Source: Ranitomeya imitator
Lineage: Eukaryota
Direction: 5' to 3'
Length of the DNA stretch: 64,000 nucleotides
Assembly: GCF_032444005.1 (NCBI RefSeq)
Contig: NC_091282.1
Location: 768,056,001 to 768,120,000 of the forward strand
In this document: positions 25,001 to 37,480 of the stretch, piece after piece
Layout of the letters: every line of letters begins with the position of its first letter
Numbering within the stretch: position 1 is the first letter of the stretch
Made by a program: the position numbers and the translations under genes
The notes under the pieces: model-generated
Told to the model about the DNA's origin: nothing
The model's database searches: none
What the model saw: only the letters and a program-made list of their open reading frames with translations

Positions 25001-25764
25001 GCCTGCGCCAGAAGGACCTGCCATTCCCGCTAGGCCGCAAGTCCTCCTAACAAAGTTTATCATTGAACGTTGAGCCTCCTGTGCACCAACTAGCCCCCAC
25101 CCCACCTGTTGTCCTAACTCAGGCCAACTCCTGTACAGTACGTTATGGCTGGAAGTGACAGCACTGCTCACTCATGTGGTCCCCCATAACTGCAGGCGTC
25201 CTCCTCTGATTGATGTCTCCTTGCGGATCTTCAGTGTTTGACAGTCGTCAGGCGTCTCCTAGGCCTGCGGTAGAGAGGGCTTGGTCCCAACTCATGACGG
25301 TCGTGGTCTGGCCTCTGGAACTTGACTGGCACAGGGTGAGGGTTCTGATCTTGACTGGTGCAGTCTGGACTCTGGGCCTCAACTGGCGCAGGTTCAGTCT
25401 CTGGGTCGTCTGTCGGTGACCGGCACTCTGCTGGCTCAGGCTATCCACTGTGGCCTGTCAAATTGGCTTCAGCGTAATCTCTGGTCCACGTCTGCAGCGC
25501 TCCTCTCCTTGGCACCAAATCCTCCTTTGAGTATCCAGGAACTTTGTGATGCAAAGCACCTGTCCAGGTGCCGCACGAGAACTGGCTCTCTCTGCAATTC
25601 TTCTGTTGCCAATTGGTTCCGCCTTTTTTTTTTTGTCCAGAAAAAAAACCCACCCTTCACAGAGAAGACCCCTGCTCCCTACTCCAAAAGATATTTCGAC
25701 TCCACGAAAGGGGGAGGCCCTCAAATGTTATGGATTAGTCACTATCCTGACCTTTTTTTTGTAG

Positions 25765-26020
25765 GAAGAAGGCGGCTGGGAAACGTGAAACATTATCCAA
25801 AGTGGATAAGGAGTCAGAGGTGGAGAGAGCGAAGGCGAGTGCGGCTGTGTGGGAGGCCCGGCTGAAGATGACAGAATTTTCTAGAGCAGAGTATCGGGAA
25901 GCTGCACGCAGTTTGGCGCACAACAATGCGGAGCTGACCAAGAACAGGGATCAACTGGAGAAGGACATGTTGGATGTCATCGGGTTCCTCAAAAAGCAGG
26001 ATGAGAAAAAAGAAGAGATG
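25765..26020 (+). CDS. bbof1: BBOF1-like exon 2 (..DKESEVERAKASAAVWEARLKMTEFSRAEYRE..FLKKQDEKKEEM)
   Basis: Acceptor ttttttttgtag, donor ATG|GTAAAT, phase 2 to 0. Strong resemblance to BBOF1 RAKANASLWEARLEVTELSR..LKKQDQEK. Confidence 0.93.
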
Positions 26021-26530
26021 GTAAATTAATTTGACAAATTCACAAATCTTAAAATTTCTGCCGAAAATGAGATCAAGGATGACGCCCCCAGTTCTTACAG
26101 AAGGCAAAAACAGACTGTTCTCTAGAAGCCGGTGATCCTGCATCCCTTCCTGTTATACCCTTTTCATTTTTCATTTCAGCAGTGTTCTGAATGAAATCTT
26201 CCCACTTTGTATCTCGTCTATCATTCTGCTTCTCATATCACTATTATGATTACAAATGTGATAACATTCACGGTGCATACCGTATATAAAGTAAAGGAAA
26301 AGCTACTGTAAAAAGTGCCAGAAAATGGCTACATGGAATAGATAACTGGTTCAGTACAGATGAATCGTATAATCATACGAAGAAAATTTACACAAGAACC
26401 ATATGTAGCAAAAAACATAGGAAGATTATTGATTACATTACCAAAATCATGCATTAAAAGAATGTTAAAAAGTGGGAAACCACAAGATGGCGCCACAATC
26501 CCTCATGGAAATATACTAATTTATATAAGA

Positions 26531-27008
26531 CTAGATGGCAGCCCGATTCTAAAGAATCGGGAGTCTAGAATCCATATATACTTGAAATTCGGCAGGAGCT
26601 TGAAGAGCAACGTCACTGGGCCCGCCTCCACGCAGTCGAAACTTGCTGTGAGGTAAAAATTCAAAAATCACACCAAAATGGCGGGCGGAGTGTGTCACAG
26701 TACGGCACGTTTCTGATTGGTCGCTCGCAGCAGGCGGCAACCAATCAGACACTGGACACTGTTGACGTCACTTATCTCCGGACATTAGCTCCGGACATTA
26801 GCTCCGGACATTATCTCCGCACATTAGTTCCGGACATTAGCTCCGGACAAAGCCACGGAAGTTGGCACAAATTGCAGGAAGTAGTATTCTAGGCAATTAA
26901 TCTCCGGACATTAGCTCCGGACATTAGCTCCGGACATTAGCTCCGGACAAAGCCACGGAAGTTAGCACAAATTGCAGGAAGTAGTATTCTAGGCAATTAT
27001 ATATTAGA
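26531..27008 (-). mobile_element. Short non-autonomous Helitron (478 bp) with internal 14-bp tandem repeat
   Basis: Minus strand starts A|TC at 27008 and ends with hairpin CCCGATTC-loop-GAATCGGG (26542-26561) then CTAG|T at 26531. (ttagctccggacat)n lies inside. Confidence 0.78.
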
Positions 27009-27559
27009 TCAAAAATATATTACATGAAAAATGGTTTAAATCGACAGGAACAGGTGAAATAAGCAAACAGATGACAAGAGAGCGGTATATAACATGGGTC
27101 ATTACTCCAGTGGGATGTGGTGCCAGGCCCCAATGCTCGTTTTGACGTACTGCCTTCGTCTGAGGGTGGCATCACACCTACAGGAGCATTTTTTTCTTAC
27201 ATTTATGGGACCAATCAGAAAGGATGCACATAAGGTTTTAATTAGTCGCTAACTTGAATATGTCAGGAGTAGGCTGGAATACAACAGAAATAAGTTGTAT
27301 TTAACTCAACCAGGGAGGGCAGGCTAAATAAGATGTGAATTACTGGCATCATCATCAGCAAGTCAGAAATTAGGTTACACCTCCAAAGACGAGGCCGAAG
27401 AATCCACTTTTTTACATTGTTTTAATGCATGATTTTGATTTTTGCAATGTTCTAATTAATAAACTTTCTATATTTTTTGCTACACTTGGTTCTCATATCA
27501 CCACTGTATCCTGACCATCCTACATTCGTTGTTAAAAAAATATACAGGAAGTGCCAAAA

Positions 27560-28241
27560 ATGCCATCTCATCATTTACACCCTCCTTCCACTGTAACCCC
27601 TTTAACTACTTGCCCCTTTCTCCTCCCCCTGACATCGTTCTCATCATTTACACCCTATTCCCCCTTTCATCGTTCTCATAATTTAGGCCCTCCCCCTGCT
27701 GTTCCTGCTCTTGATGTTTGCACCCACTGTCACTGCTCTCCTCATTTACGCCCTGCTCCCTCTGTTACTGCTCTTGTCATTTACACCCTCCCGCTGTCAC
27801 TGCTCTCGTTCATTTACACCCTCCTCCCCCTGTCACTGCTCTCATCATTTATGCCCTCCTCCCACTGTCACTACTCTCGTCATTTACACCCTCCTGTTGT
27901 CATTGCTCTTGTCATTTATGTCCTCCTCCTGCTGTCACTGCTCTCATCATTTACGTCCTCCTCCCGCTGTCACTGTTCTCATTATTTACGTCCTCCTCCC
28001 GCTGTCACTGTTCTCATCATTTTCGTCCTCCTCCCGCTGTCACTGCTCTTGTCATTTACGCCCTCTTCCTGCTGTCACTGCTCTCGTCATTTACGCCCTC
28101 CTGCTCTAATAATAATAATAATCTTTATTTTTATATAGCGCTAACATATTCCGCAGCGCTTTACAGTTTTGCACACATTATCATCGCTTTCCCCGGTGGG
28201 GCTCACAATCTAGAATCCCTATCAGTATGTCTTTGGAATGT

Positions 28242-28272
<31 letters not shown>

Positions 28273-29810
28273 ACGCAAACACAGAGAGAACATACAAACT
28301 CTTTGCAGATGTTGTCCTTGGTGGGATTAGAACCCAGGATCCCAGCGCTGCAAGGCTGCAGTGCTAACCCCTGCACCACCGTGCTGCCCATGCTGCACTC
28401 ACCCGTGCTGCTCTCACTGCTCTCGTCATTTACGTCCTCTTCCTGCTGTCACTGTTCTTGTCATTTACACCCTCTTCCCGCTGTTACTGCTCTCGTTCAT
28501 TTACGCTCTCCTCCCCCTGTCACTGCTCTCGTCATTTACGCCCTCTTCCCGCTGTCACTGCTCTCGTCATTTACGTCCTCCTCCCGCTGTCACTGCTCTC
28601 GTCATTTACGTCCTCCTCCTGCTGTCACTGCTCTCGTCATTTACGCCCTCCTCCCGCTGTCATTGCTCTCGTCATTTACACCCTCTTGCTGTCACTGCTC
28701 TCGTCATTTACACCCTCTTGCTGTCACTGCTCTCGTCATTTACGTCCTCCTCTTGCTGTCACTGCTCTCGTCATTTACACCCTCCTCCCGCTGTCACTGC
28801 TCTCGTTCATTTACGCCCTCTTCCCCCTGTCACTGCTCTCATCATTTACGCCCTCCTCCCGCTGTCACTGCTCTCGTCATTTACGCCCTCCTCCCGCTGT
28901 CAGTGCTCTCGTCATTTACGTCCTGCTCCTGCTGTCACTGCTCTCGTCATTTACGCCTTCCTCCCGCTGTCACTGTTCTCATCATTTACGCCCTCTTCCC
29001 GCTGTCACTGTTCTTGTCATTTACACCTTCTTCCCGCTGTCACTGGTCTTGTCATTTACGTCCTCCTCCTGCTGTCACTGCTCTCGTCATTTGCACCCTT
29101 CTCCTGCTGTCACTGCTCTCATCATTTACGCCTTCCTCCCGCTGTCACTGCTCTCATCATTTACGCCCTCCTCCCGCTGTCACTGTTCTTGTCATTTACA
29201 CCTTCTTCCCGCTGTCACTGCTCTCGTCATTTACGTCCTCCTCTTGCTGTCACTGCTCTCGTCATTTGCACCCTTCTCCTCCCCCTGTCACTGCTCTCGT
29301 CATTTACGCCATCCTCCCGCTGTCACTGTTCTCATCATTTACGCCCTCCTCCCGCTGTCACTGTTCTTGTCATTTACACCTTCTTCACGCTGTCACTGCT
29401 CTCGTCATTTACGTCCTCCTCTTGCTGTCACTGCTCTCGTCATTTGCACCCTTCTCCTCCCCCTGTCACTGCTCTCGTCATTTACGCCATCCTCCCGCTG
29501 TCACTGTTCTCATCATTTACGCCCTCCTCCCGCTGTCACTGTTCTTGTCATTTACACCTTCTTCCCGCTGTCACTGCTCTCGTCATTTACGTCCTCCTCC
29601 TGCTGTCACTGCTCTCGTCATTTGCACCCTTCTCCTCCCCCTGTCACTGCTCTTGTCATTTACGCCATCCTCCCGCTGTCACTGTTCTCATCATTTACGC
29701 CCTCCTCCCGCTGTCGCTGTTCTTGTCATTTACACCCTTTTCCCGCTGTCACTGCTCTTGTCATTTACACCCTCCTCGTGCTTTCACTGCTCTCTTCATT
29801 TACTGTCACG
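27560..29810. repeat. 35-bp pyrimidine-rich minisatellite (ctgtcactgctctcgtcatttacgccctcctcccg)n, degenerate at the left edge
   Basis: Direct reading of tandem units, interrupted by a SINE. Confidence 0.93.
28107..28389 (-). mobile_element. tRNA-derived V-SINE with L2-type 3' tail
   Basis: Minus strand shows A-box tggtgcaggggt, B-box ggttctaatcc, V-domain gtttgtatgttctc..gcgtgggtttcctccgg..ccggtttcctcccaca.tccaaagaca, and an (ATT)n tail. Confidence 0.88.
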
Positions 29811-30212
29811 AGAAGACAGTTACTGCACTGGTAAGTACTTTATGGAGTCAGACTTGCATCCAATACAAGCATGACTTCTGTTTTCACCTGTAATATAATA
29901 ACTTTTTTTTCTGTAGCATCAACATATTTGGCAGCACTTTACAATAAGCATATTGTACAGACAATAAAGACATCACAGAGTTCACCAGTTACAAAAGGAG
30001 TTAGGGTCCTGCTCGCAAGCTGCAATCTATTAGAAAAATGAGGGAAGCACGGATGAGGAGGAGATGTAGGGTTGTTCAGTACTGTGGAGAGGACGGGTAG
30101 GGTGGTAGATGGAGATGAGGAGAAGCTGTAGGGTCGTGCAGCACTGTGTTAGTAGACAGAAATGAGGAGATGTAGGATGGTGTGGCAATGTTGGGAGAAC
30201 AGGTAGCATAGT

Positions 30213-33063
30213 CAGGGCTGCCACTAGGAATTTTGGGGCCCCATACTGGCAAAATTTTCGGGGCCCCCTTGAGACTCCGCCCAGGCTCCACCCCAGCCCC
30301 GCCTCCACCCCTTGGACAGTCCTTGGTCAAAAGATTTTTAAAGCCACCACCATGACAAGGTTGGGCCCTACCCTACTCTAACCTATTAAACATTTTTTAT
30401 AATATACAATACAATTTAGGTATATTTTTATTTATTTTTCAATTTTTAAAATGACCAATACCACATACAGGGGACAATTACCACTGCACCATGACCAGAC
30501 CACCTATTACCACCTTGTGATCACTAATAATGCCACATACAATGAACAAATACCACCACACCATGACCAGACCACCTATTACCACCTTGTGATCACTAAT
30601 AATGCCACATACAAGGAACAAATACCACCACACCATGTCCAGACCACATTACCACCGTTTGATCACCAATAATGCCACATACAATGAACAAATACCACCA
30701 CACCATGACCAGACCACATATTACCACCATATAGTGACCAAATAATAGCACATACAAGGAACAATTACCGCCACAGCATGGCCGGACAACATATTACCAC
30801 CACAAAGTGACTGAACACTACAATACTGATCAGTAATGAAAAAAACCCAATACTAATATCACCATAAGTGCCAGTATTCACAGGAGAGCTGTACTTAGTA
30901 TGCAGTGTCTGTGTACAGGTAATACAGTGATCACCGGTGACATTATACACAGGAGCTCTGTATATAGTGTATAATGTAAAGGTAATACAGTGATCACTGG
31001 TGACATTGTACACAGGACCGCTGTATATAGTATACAGTGTATAGCATCAGTGTACAGCTAACACACTGACTCACCAGTGACGTCTCTAGGTGAAGTCCTT
31101 CATATTTGCTTTTAATCTTCATCCAGCACAGACCGCCGTCACTTCATCCAGCCAGGGCTCCTTTCTGCAGGAAATTAGTTATCTAGAGCACCGCTTGCAG
31201 AACACATTACTTTTTTTTCTCCCAAATTCTAAACTACAACAGATGAAGAAAAAAAGCGACAGTGATGCTCTGCACCGTAACAGGACCTCCCCCTTCATTT
31301 AAAACCGTATCCTCAAAAAATAAAATAAATAAATCACTGCAGTAATGATATCCCTTAATTGGCCCATATGTAATAATATCCCCCATCCTGGCCCCGTGTG
31401 TCTCGTTCCTGGCTCCAGCCATACGTTCTCCTATTCTGCCCCATGTGATGTCCCATCCTGCCCCATACGATCTCCCCATCCTGCCCCATGATCCTGCCCC
31501 ATCTGTCTCCATCGTATCCATCCTACCCCATGATCCTACACCATCTGTCTCCATCCTCCCCCATCTGTCCCATGATCCTGCCCCATCTGTCTCCAATCCT
31601 GCACCCCATGTCTCCCATCTGCCCTGTGTCTCCCATCTGCCCCCGTGTCTCCCATCTGCCCCCGTGTCGCCCATCTAAACCCGTGTCTCCATTCTGCCCC
31701 GTCTCCAGTCTGCCCCCCGACTCCAATCCTGCCCCCGTGTCTGCCATCCTGCCGTGTCTCCATTCTGCCCCCTCGTCTCCATTCTGCCCCCTCGTCTCCA
31801 TTCTGCCCCGTGTCTCCATTCTGTCCCGTGTCTCGATTCTGCCCCCTTATCTTCATTCAGCCCCCTTGTCTCCAATCTGCCCCTTGTCTTGATTCTGCCC
31901 CTTGTCTCGATTCTACCCCCATGTCTCCATTCTGCCCCCTCGTCTCCATTCTGCCCCCGTGTCTCCAATCTTCCCCTTGTCTCCATTCTGCCCACTTGTC
32001 TCCAATCTGCCCCTTGTCTCCATTCTGCCCCCATGTCTCCAATCCTGCCCCCGTGTCTCCAATCCTGCCCCCGTGTCTCCAATCCTGCCCCCGTGTCTCC
32101 AATCCTGCCCCGTGTCTCCAATCCTGCCCCCGTGTCTCCAATCCTGCCCCCGTGTCTCCAATCCTGCCCCCGTGTCTCCATTCTGCCCCCGTGTCTCCAT
32201 TCTGCCATCTGTCTCCATTCTTCCCCTTGTGTCTCCAATTTGCCCGTGTCTCCATTCTGCCCCTTCTCCATTCTGCTTCCTGTCTCCATTCTGCCCTCGT
32301 TTCTCCATTCTTGCCCCCTGTGTCTCCAATCCTGCCCCGTGTTTCCATTTTTGTCCCGTCTCCATTCTGCCGTGTCTCCATTCTGCCACCTGTCTCCATT
32401 CTTCCCCCTGTGTCTCCAATCTGCCCCATGTCTCAATTCTGCACCTTGTCTCTATTCTGCCCCGTCTCCAATCTTCCCCTTGTCTCCATTCTGCCCCCTT
32501 GTCTCCATTCTGCCCCTTGTCTCCAGTCTGCCCCCTTGTCTACATTCTGCCTGTGTCTCCAATCTGCCCCTTGTCTCCATTCTGCCCTATGTCTCCATTC
32601 TGCCCCCTTGTCTCCATTCTGCACCGAGCTGAATGGAGACACTTGGTCCATGTGTCTCCATTCTGCCGGTGACATATTGTGGCTTGCCGCTTTCAATAAA
32701 AATAATTAAAAAAAATAAGAAAACCATTCTTCTTAGCTTGCCGTGCTCCTGCGGCAGAAATCCCTCCCAGCGTTTCAGCGCGCACTCACCGGCGAATGAC
32801 AATGACGTCATACGCCAGCGATGCGCGCTGACATCAGCTGCCAGCCTCCGATTGGCTGGCGGCTTTAACCATTGCCATGCGGGCCCGCAAGGCTGCAGTA
32901 GCGTAGTTGAACTTGCGTCTCGGACGCAGGTTCAGTTACCAATAGAAGCCTGTCGCTGGGGCCTGGGCCCGATGAGCAGAAGAGACGGGGCCCAATGCCC
33001 CTCCCCTCTGCCCACCGGGCCCCGTACGCCAGTCAGGGCAGTAATGCCCTGATGGCGGCGCTG
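30213..33063. mobile_element. Non-autonomous hAT element (2851 bp) with internal tandem repeats
   Basis: Perfect 8-bp TSD agcatagt (30205-30212, 33064-33071). TIR CAGGGCTGCCA / CAGCGCCGCCA. Internal ~70-bp repeats (30450-30790). Confidence 0.88.
31390..32625. repeat. 19-20-bp minisatellite (tgcccccgtgtctccattc)n inside the hAT element
   Basis: Direct reading. It is the source of the Pro/Cys/Ser and Gly/Arg/Trp pseudo-ORFs. Confidence 0.92.
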
Positions 33064-33124
33064 AGCATAGTAAATAGATGATATGTAGAGTGGTGCGGCA
33101 CTGTGGAGAGGACAGGTAGGGATG

Positions 33125-33892
33125 TGTTGTGAATTCTGTGATCAAGCTCCCTCTTGTGGTCACGAGTGGTACTGCGGCTTCTGAGTTTCCTTCCTCAGGT
33201 GATGAGGTTAAGTCGTTAGGTGCTGCTCTATTTAACTCCACCTAGTGCTTTGATCCTGGCCTCCAGTCAATGTTCTAGTATTGGTCTTGCTTCCTCCTGG
33301 ATCGTTCCTGTGGCCTGTCTGCTCAGCATAAGCTAAGTTCTGCTTGTGTTACTTTTGTTGCTATTTTTTCTGTCCAGCTTGCTTTTTTGGTTTTGCTTGC
33401 TTGCTGGAAGCTCTGAGACGCAGAGGGAGCACCTCCGTACCGTTAGTCGGTGCGGAGGGTCTTTTTGCCCCTCTGCGTGGTTGTTTGTAGGTTTTTGTGT
33501 TGATCGCAAAGCTATCTTTCCTATCCTCGGTCTATTCAGTAAGTCGGGCCTCACTTTGCTAAATCTATTTCATCTCTGTGTTTGTATTTTCATCTTAACT
33601 CACAGTCATTATATGTGGGGGGCTGCCTTTTCCTTTGGGGAATTTCTCTGAGGCAAGGTAGGCTTATTTTTCTATCTTCAGGCTAGCTAGTTTCTCAGGC
33701 TGTGCCGAGTTGCATAGGGAGCGTTAGGCGCAATCCACGGCTACCTCTAGTGTGGTTTGATAGGTTTAGGGATTGCGGTCAGCAGAGTTCCCACGTCTCA
33801 GAGCTCGTCCTATGTTTTGTGGTTTTTGTCAGGTCACTTGTGTGCTCTGAACTTCAAGGTCCATTGTGGTTCTGAATTACCTAATCATAACA
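33125..33892. mobile_element. Solo LTR (768 bp), probably Gypsy-type
   Basis: TGTTGTGA...TCATAACA termini, flanked by direct repeat gggatg (33119-33124, 33893-33898). No internal coding sequence. Confidence 0.82.
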
Positions 33893-33957
33893 GGGATGTA
33901 GACAGATGAGGATATGTAGGGTGGTGCAGCACTGGAGAGGAGAGTTAGGGTGGTAGA

Positions 33958-34224
33958 TAGTGATGAGCGAGTGTACTTGTTGCTCGGGTTTTCCCGAGCA
34001 CGCTCGGGTGACCTCTGAAAATTTATCAAGCTAATAGCCTGCTTGATTACAATGGGGGATTCCCTAGCAACCAGTCAGCCCCCACATATACTCAGCCTGG
34101 CTAGTAGCTGTAAATCATTCAACTGCTGCCATGAAAACTAAATCTCTGAGCAGTCATAAACACTCGGAGGTCATCCGAGCGTGCTCGGGAAAACCCAAGC
34201 AACGAGTACACTCACTCATCACTA
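33958..34224. mobile_element. hAT (Ac-like) MITE, same family as 7313-7616
   Basis: TAGTGATGAG TIRs and perfect 8-bp TSD gtggtaga. Confidence 0.9.
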
Positions 34225-34486
34225 GTGGTAGACGGCGATAAAGAGGAGATGTAGGTTGGTGCAGCACTGTAGAGAGGACAGGTAGGGTTGTAGACAGATA
34301 AGGAGGCTATGTAGGGCGGTGCAGCACTGTGGAGAGGACAGGTAGGGTGCTAGAAAGATGAGATGTAGGGTGATGCAGCACTGAAGAGGACTAATAGGGT
34401 GGTAGACAGATGAACAGATGTAGGGTGGTGCAGCACTGTGGAGTGGATGGGTAGCATAGTAGACAGAAATGAGGAGATGTAGGATG

Positions 34487-36764
34487 CTGGTTTCATCCAT
34501 TATAAGTTCATGCTAAAGACATACAATTCTGCCCTTCACCTCTCCAAACAAACCTACTTCAACACCCTCATCACCTCCCTGTCCAATAACCCTAAACGTC
34601 TCTTTGACACGTTCCAGTCCCTACTCAACCCAAGAGAGCAGGCCCCAACCACTGATCTCCGTGCTGACGATCTGGCCAATTACTTCAAAGAAAAAATTGA
34701 CCACATTCGACAGGAAATCATCTCCCAATCTCTTCATACCATGCACTGTCCTCCCTCCCCCACTGCATCTAGTTCACTCTCTGACTTTGAAGCAGTTACA
34801 GAAGAAGAAGTAAGCAGGCTCCTTGCATCTTCTCGCCCGACCACTTGCACCAGTGACCCCATTCCATCACATCTCCTCCAGTCCCTTTCCCCGGCTGTCA
34901 CCTCTCACCTAACAAAAATATTCAACCTTTCCCTCACTTCCGGTATTTTTCCCTCCTCATTTAAGCATGCCATCATACATCCATTACTTAAAAAACCATC
35001 CCTCGATCAAAACTGTGCCGCTAATTATAGACCTGTCTCTAATCTTCCCTTCATCTCTAAACTCCTCGAACGCCTGGTCCACTCCCGTCTTACCCGCTAT
35101 CTCTCAGATAACTCTCTTCTCGACCCTCTTCAATCTGGCTTCCGCTCTTTACACTCTACTGAAACTGCCCTCACTAAAGTCTCTAATGACCTACTAACAG
35201 CTAAATCTAATGGTCACTACTCCATGCTAATTCTCTTGGATCTCTCTGCAGCATTCGACACTGTGGATCATCAGCTCCTCCTCACTATGCTCCGCTCCAT
35301 CGGCCTCAAGGACACCGTTCTCTCCTGGTTCTCCTCCTATCTCTCTGACCGATGCTTCACTGTATGTTTTGCTGGTTCCTCCTCCTCTCACCTTCCCCTT
35401 ACTGTTGGGGTTCCTCAAGGATCAGTCCTAGGCCCCCTACTCTTCTCGTTGTATACTGCCCCTATTGGACAAACAATCAGTAGATTTGGTTTCCAGTACC
35501 ATCTCTATGCTGACGACACCCAATTATACACTTCTTCTCCTGATATCACACCGACCTTTTTAGAAAACACCAGTGATTGTCTTACCGCTGTCTCTAACAT
35601 CATGTCCTCCCTCTATCTGAAACTAAACCTGTCAAAAACTGAACTCCTCGTGTTCTCTCCCTCTACTAACCTACCTTTGCCAGACATTGCCATCTCCGTG
35701 TGCGGTTCCACCATTACTCCAAAGCAACATGCCCGCTGCCTTGGGGTCATCCTTGATTCTGACCTTTCATTCCCCCCCTACATCCGATCACTGGCTCGCT
35801 CTTCTTACCTGCATCTCAAAAACATTTCTAGAATTCGCCCTTTTCTTACTTTCGACTCTGCAAAAACTCTTACTGTTTTACTTATTCATTCTCGTCTGGA
35901 CTATTGTAACTCTCTACTAATCGGCCTCCCTCTTGCAAAACTCTCCCCGCTCCAATCTGTCCTGAATGCTGCAGCCAGGATCATATTCCTCACCAACCGT
36001 TACACCGATGCCTCTACCCTGTGCCAGTCATTACACTGGCTACCCATCCACTCCAGAATCCAGTACAAAACTACTACCCTCATCCACAAAGCACTCCATG
36101 GCTTAGCACCACCCTACATCTCCTCCCTGGTATCAGTCTACCACCCTACCCGTGCCCTCCGCTCCGCTAATGACCTCAGGTTAGCATCCTCAATAATCAG
36201 AACCTCCCACTCCCGTCTCCAAGACTTTACACGCGCTGCGCCGATTCTTTGGAATGCACTACCTAGGTTAATACGATTAATCCCCAATCCCCACAGTTTT
36301 AAGCGTGCCCTAAAAACTCATTTGTTCAGACTGGCCTACCGCCTCAATGCATTAACCTAACGATCCCTGTGTGGCCTATTTATAATAAAAAAAAAAAAAT
36401 AAAAAAATAAAAGTTCCTCGCATCATGTTCTCATACACTTTATGCAGTTAATAGCCCTCTGTGTCTGTACTGCTACATACTTAGGCAGGTAACTGGTTCA
36501 TGCAGCTTTACATGAACACCTGAGCCTTACACTATAGCTGGTCCGAATAACTAAAGCAATCGTTACCATCCACCTCTCGTGTCTCCCCTTTTCCCCATAG
36601 TTTGTAAGCTTGCGAGCAGGGCCCTCACTCCTCTTGGTATCTATTTTGAACTGTGATTTCTGTTATGCTGTAATGTCTATTGTCCGTACAAGTCCCCTCT
36701 ATAATTTGTAAAGCGCTGCGGAATATGTTGGCGCTACATAAATAAAAATTATTATTATTATTAT
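34487..36764 (+). mobile_element. 5'-truncated, young-looking L2 LINE with an uninterrupted 616-aa RT ORF (34510-36360) and full 3' UTR/tail
   Basis: Motifs [54 protein letters not shown]. (ATT)n tail ending at ~36764. Confidence 0.93.
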
Positions 36765-37169
36765 ATGGTGTGGCACTGTTGGGAGAACAGGAAGCATAGT
36801 AAACAGATGAGATGTAGAGTGGTGCGGCACTGTGGAGAGGACAGGTAGGGTTGTAGACAGATGAGGAGGATATGTAGGGCAGTGCAGCACTGTGGAGAGG
36901 ACAGGTAGGGTGGTACAAAGAGATGAGGAGATGTAGGGTGGGGCGGCAAGCTGGAGAGAACAGGTAGGGTGGTAGACAGAGATGAGGAGAAGTAGGATGG
37001 TTCAGCACTGTGGAGAGGACAGGTAGGGTGATAGACAGATGAGGAGGAGATGTAGGGTGGTGCAGCAGTGGAGATGACAGGTAGGGAGGTAGACAGAGAT
37101 GAGAAGGAGATGTAGGGTGGGGTGGCACTGTAGAGAGTGTTGTGGGTGAGAGTAATTTGTTTATATCGT

Positions 37170-37480
37170 ACTCTCTAGATGGGTATCCAGTGTCATGACT
37201 GGCACAGGGTGGAGGCATCAATGTAGCGTTTGGACAGGAACATGACTTTGGCTGCTACATTCAGGATGGATTGAAAAGGAGAAATTTTAGAAAGAGGGAG
37301 ACCGATTAGTAGAGAGTTGCAATACTCCAGACGATAATAAGAGCGACAGTAAGAGTCAAAATGTGAGGAAAGGTCAAAGTCTAGAGATGTTTTTGAGGTG
37401 ACTTGAGCGAGTGAGTGATCGGATATAGGGAGTGAAGGAAAGATCTGAGTCAAATATAACCCAAGCCAGAGGGCGTACTG
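37170..37480 (-). mobile_element. Degraded L2 RT C-terminal fragment
   Basis: [35 protein letters not shown], similar to the 34510 ORF. Confidence 0.75.

Larger units (their letters stand above)
30045..37140. repeat. ~58-bp purine-rich minisatellite (gatgtagggtggtgcagcactgtggagaggacaggtagggtggtagacaga...) broken into five pieces by four insertions
   Basis: Units at ~30045-30212, 33064-33124, 33893-33957, 34225-34486 and 36765-37140. Confidence 0.85.

Noticed and set aside
25030-25700. Possible Gypsy/LTR pol or 3' remnant (FFFVQKK-like peptide)
   Set aside because: Only one short motif is recognisable. There are no LTR, RT or integrase signatures to support a call.
27370-27520. Possible second Penelope/hammerhead remnant (cctccaaagacgaggccgaagaatcc)
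   Set aside because: The core boxes CUGANGA and GAAA are not present.
27551-29893. Cys/His/Pro-rich ORFs of 458-718 aa resembling metal-binding proteins
   Set aside because: These are products of the 35-bp repeat and read through an antisense SINE. All three frames are open and there is no domain structure.
31488-32709. Pro/Cys/Ser and Gly/Arg/Trp ORFs on both strands
   Set aside because: They come from a 19-20-bp minisatellite inside a non-autonomous hAT element.
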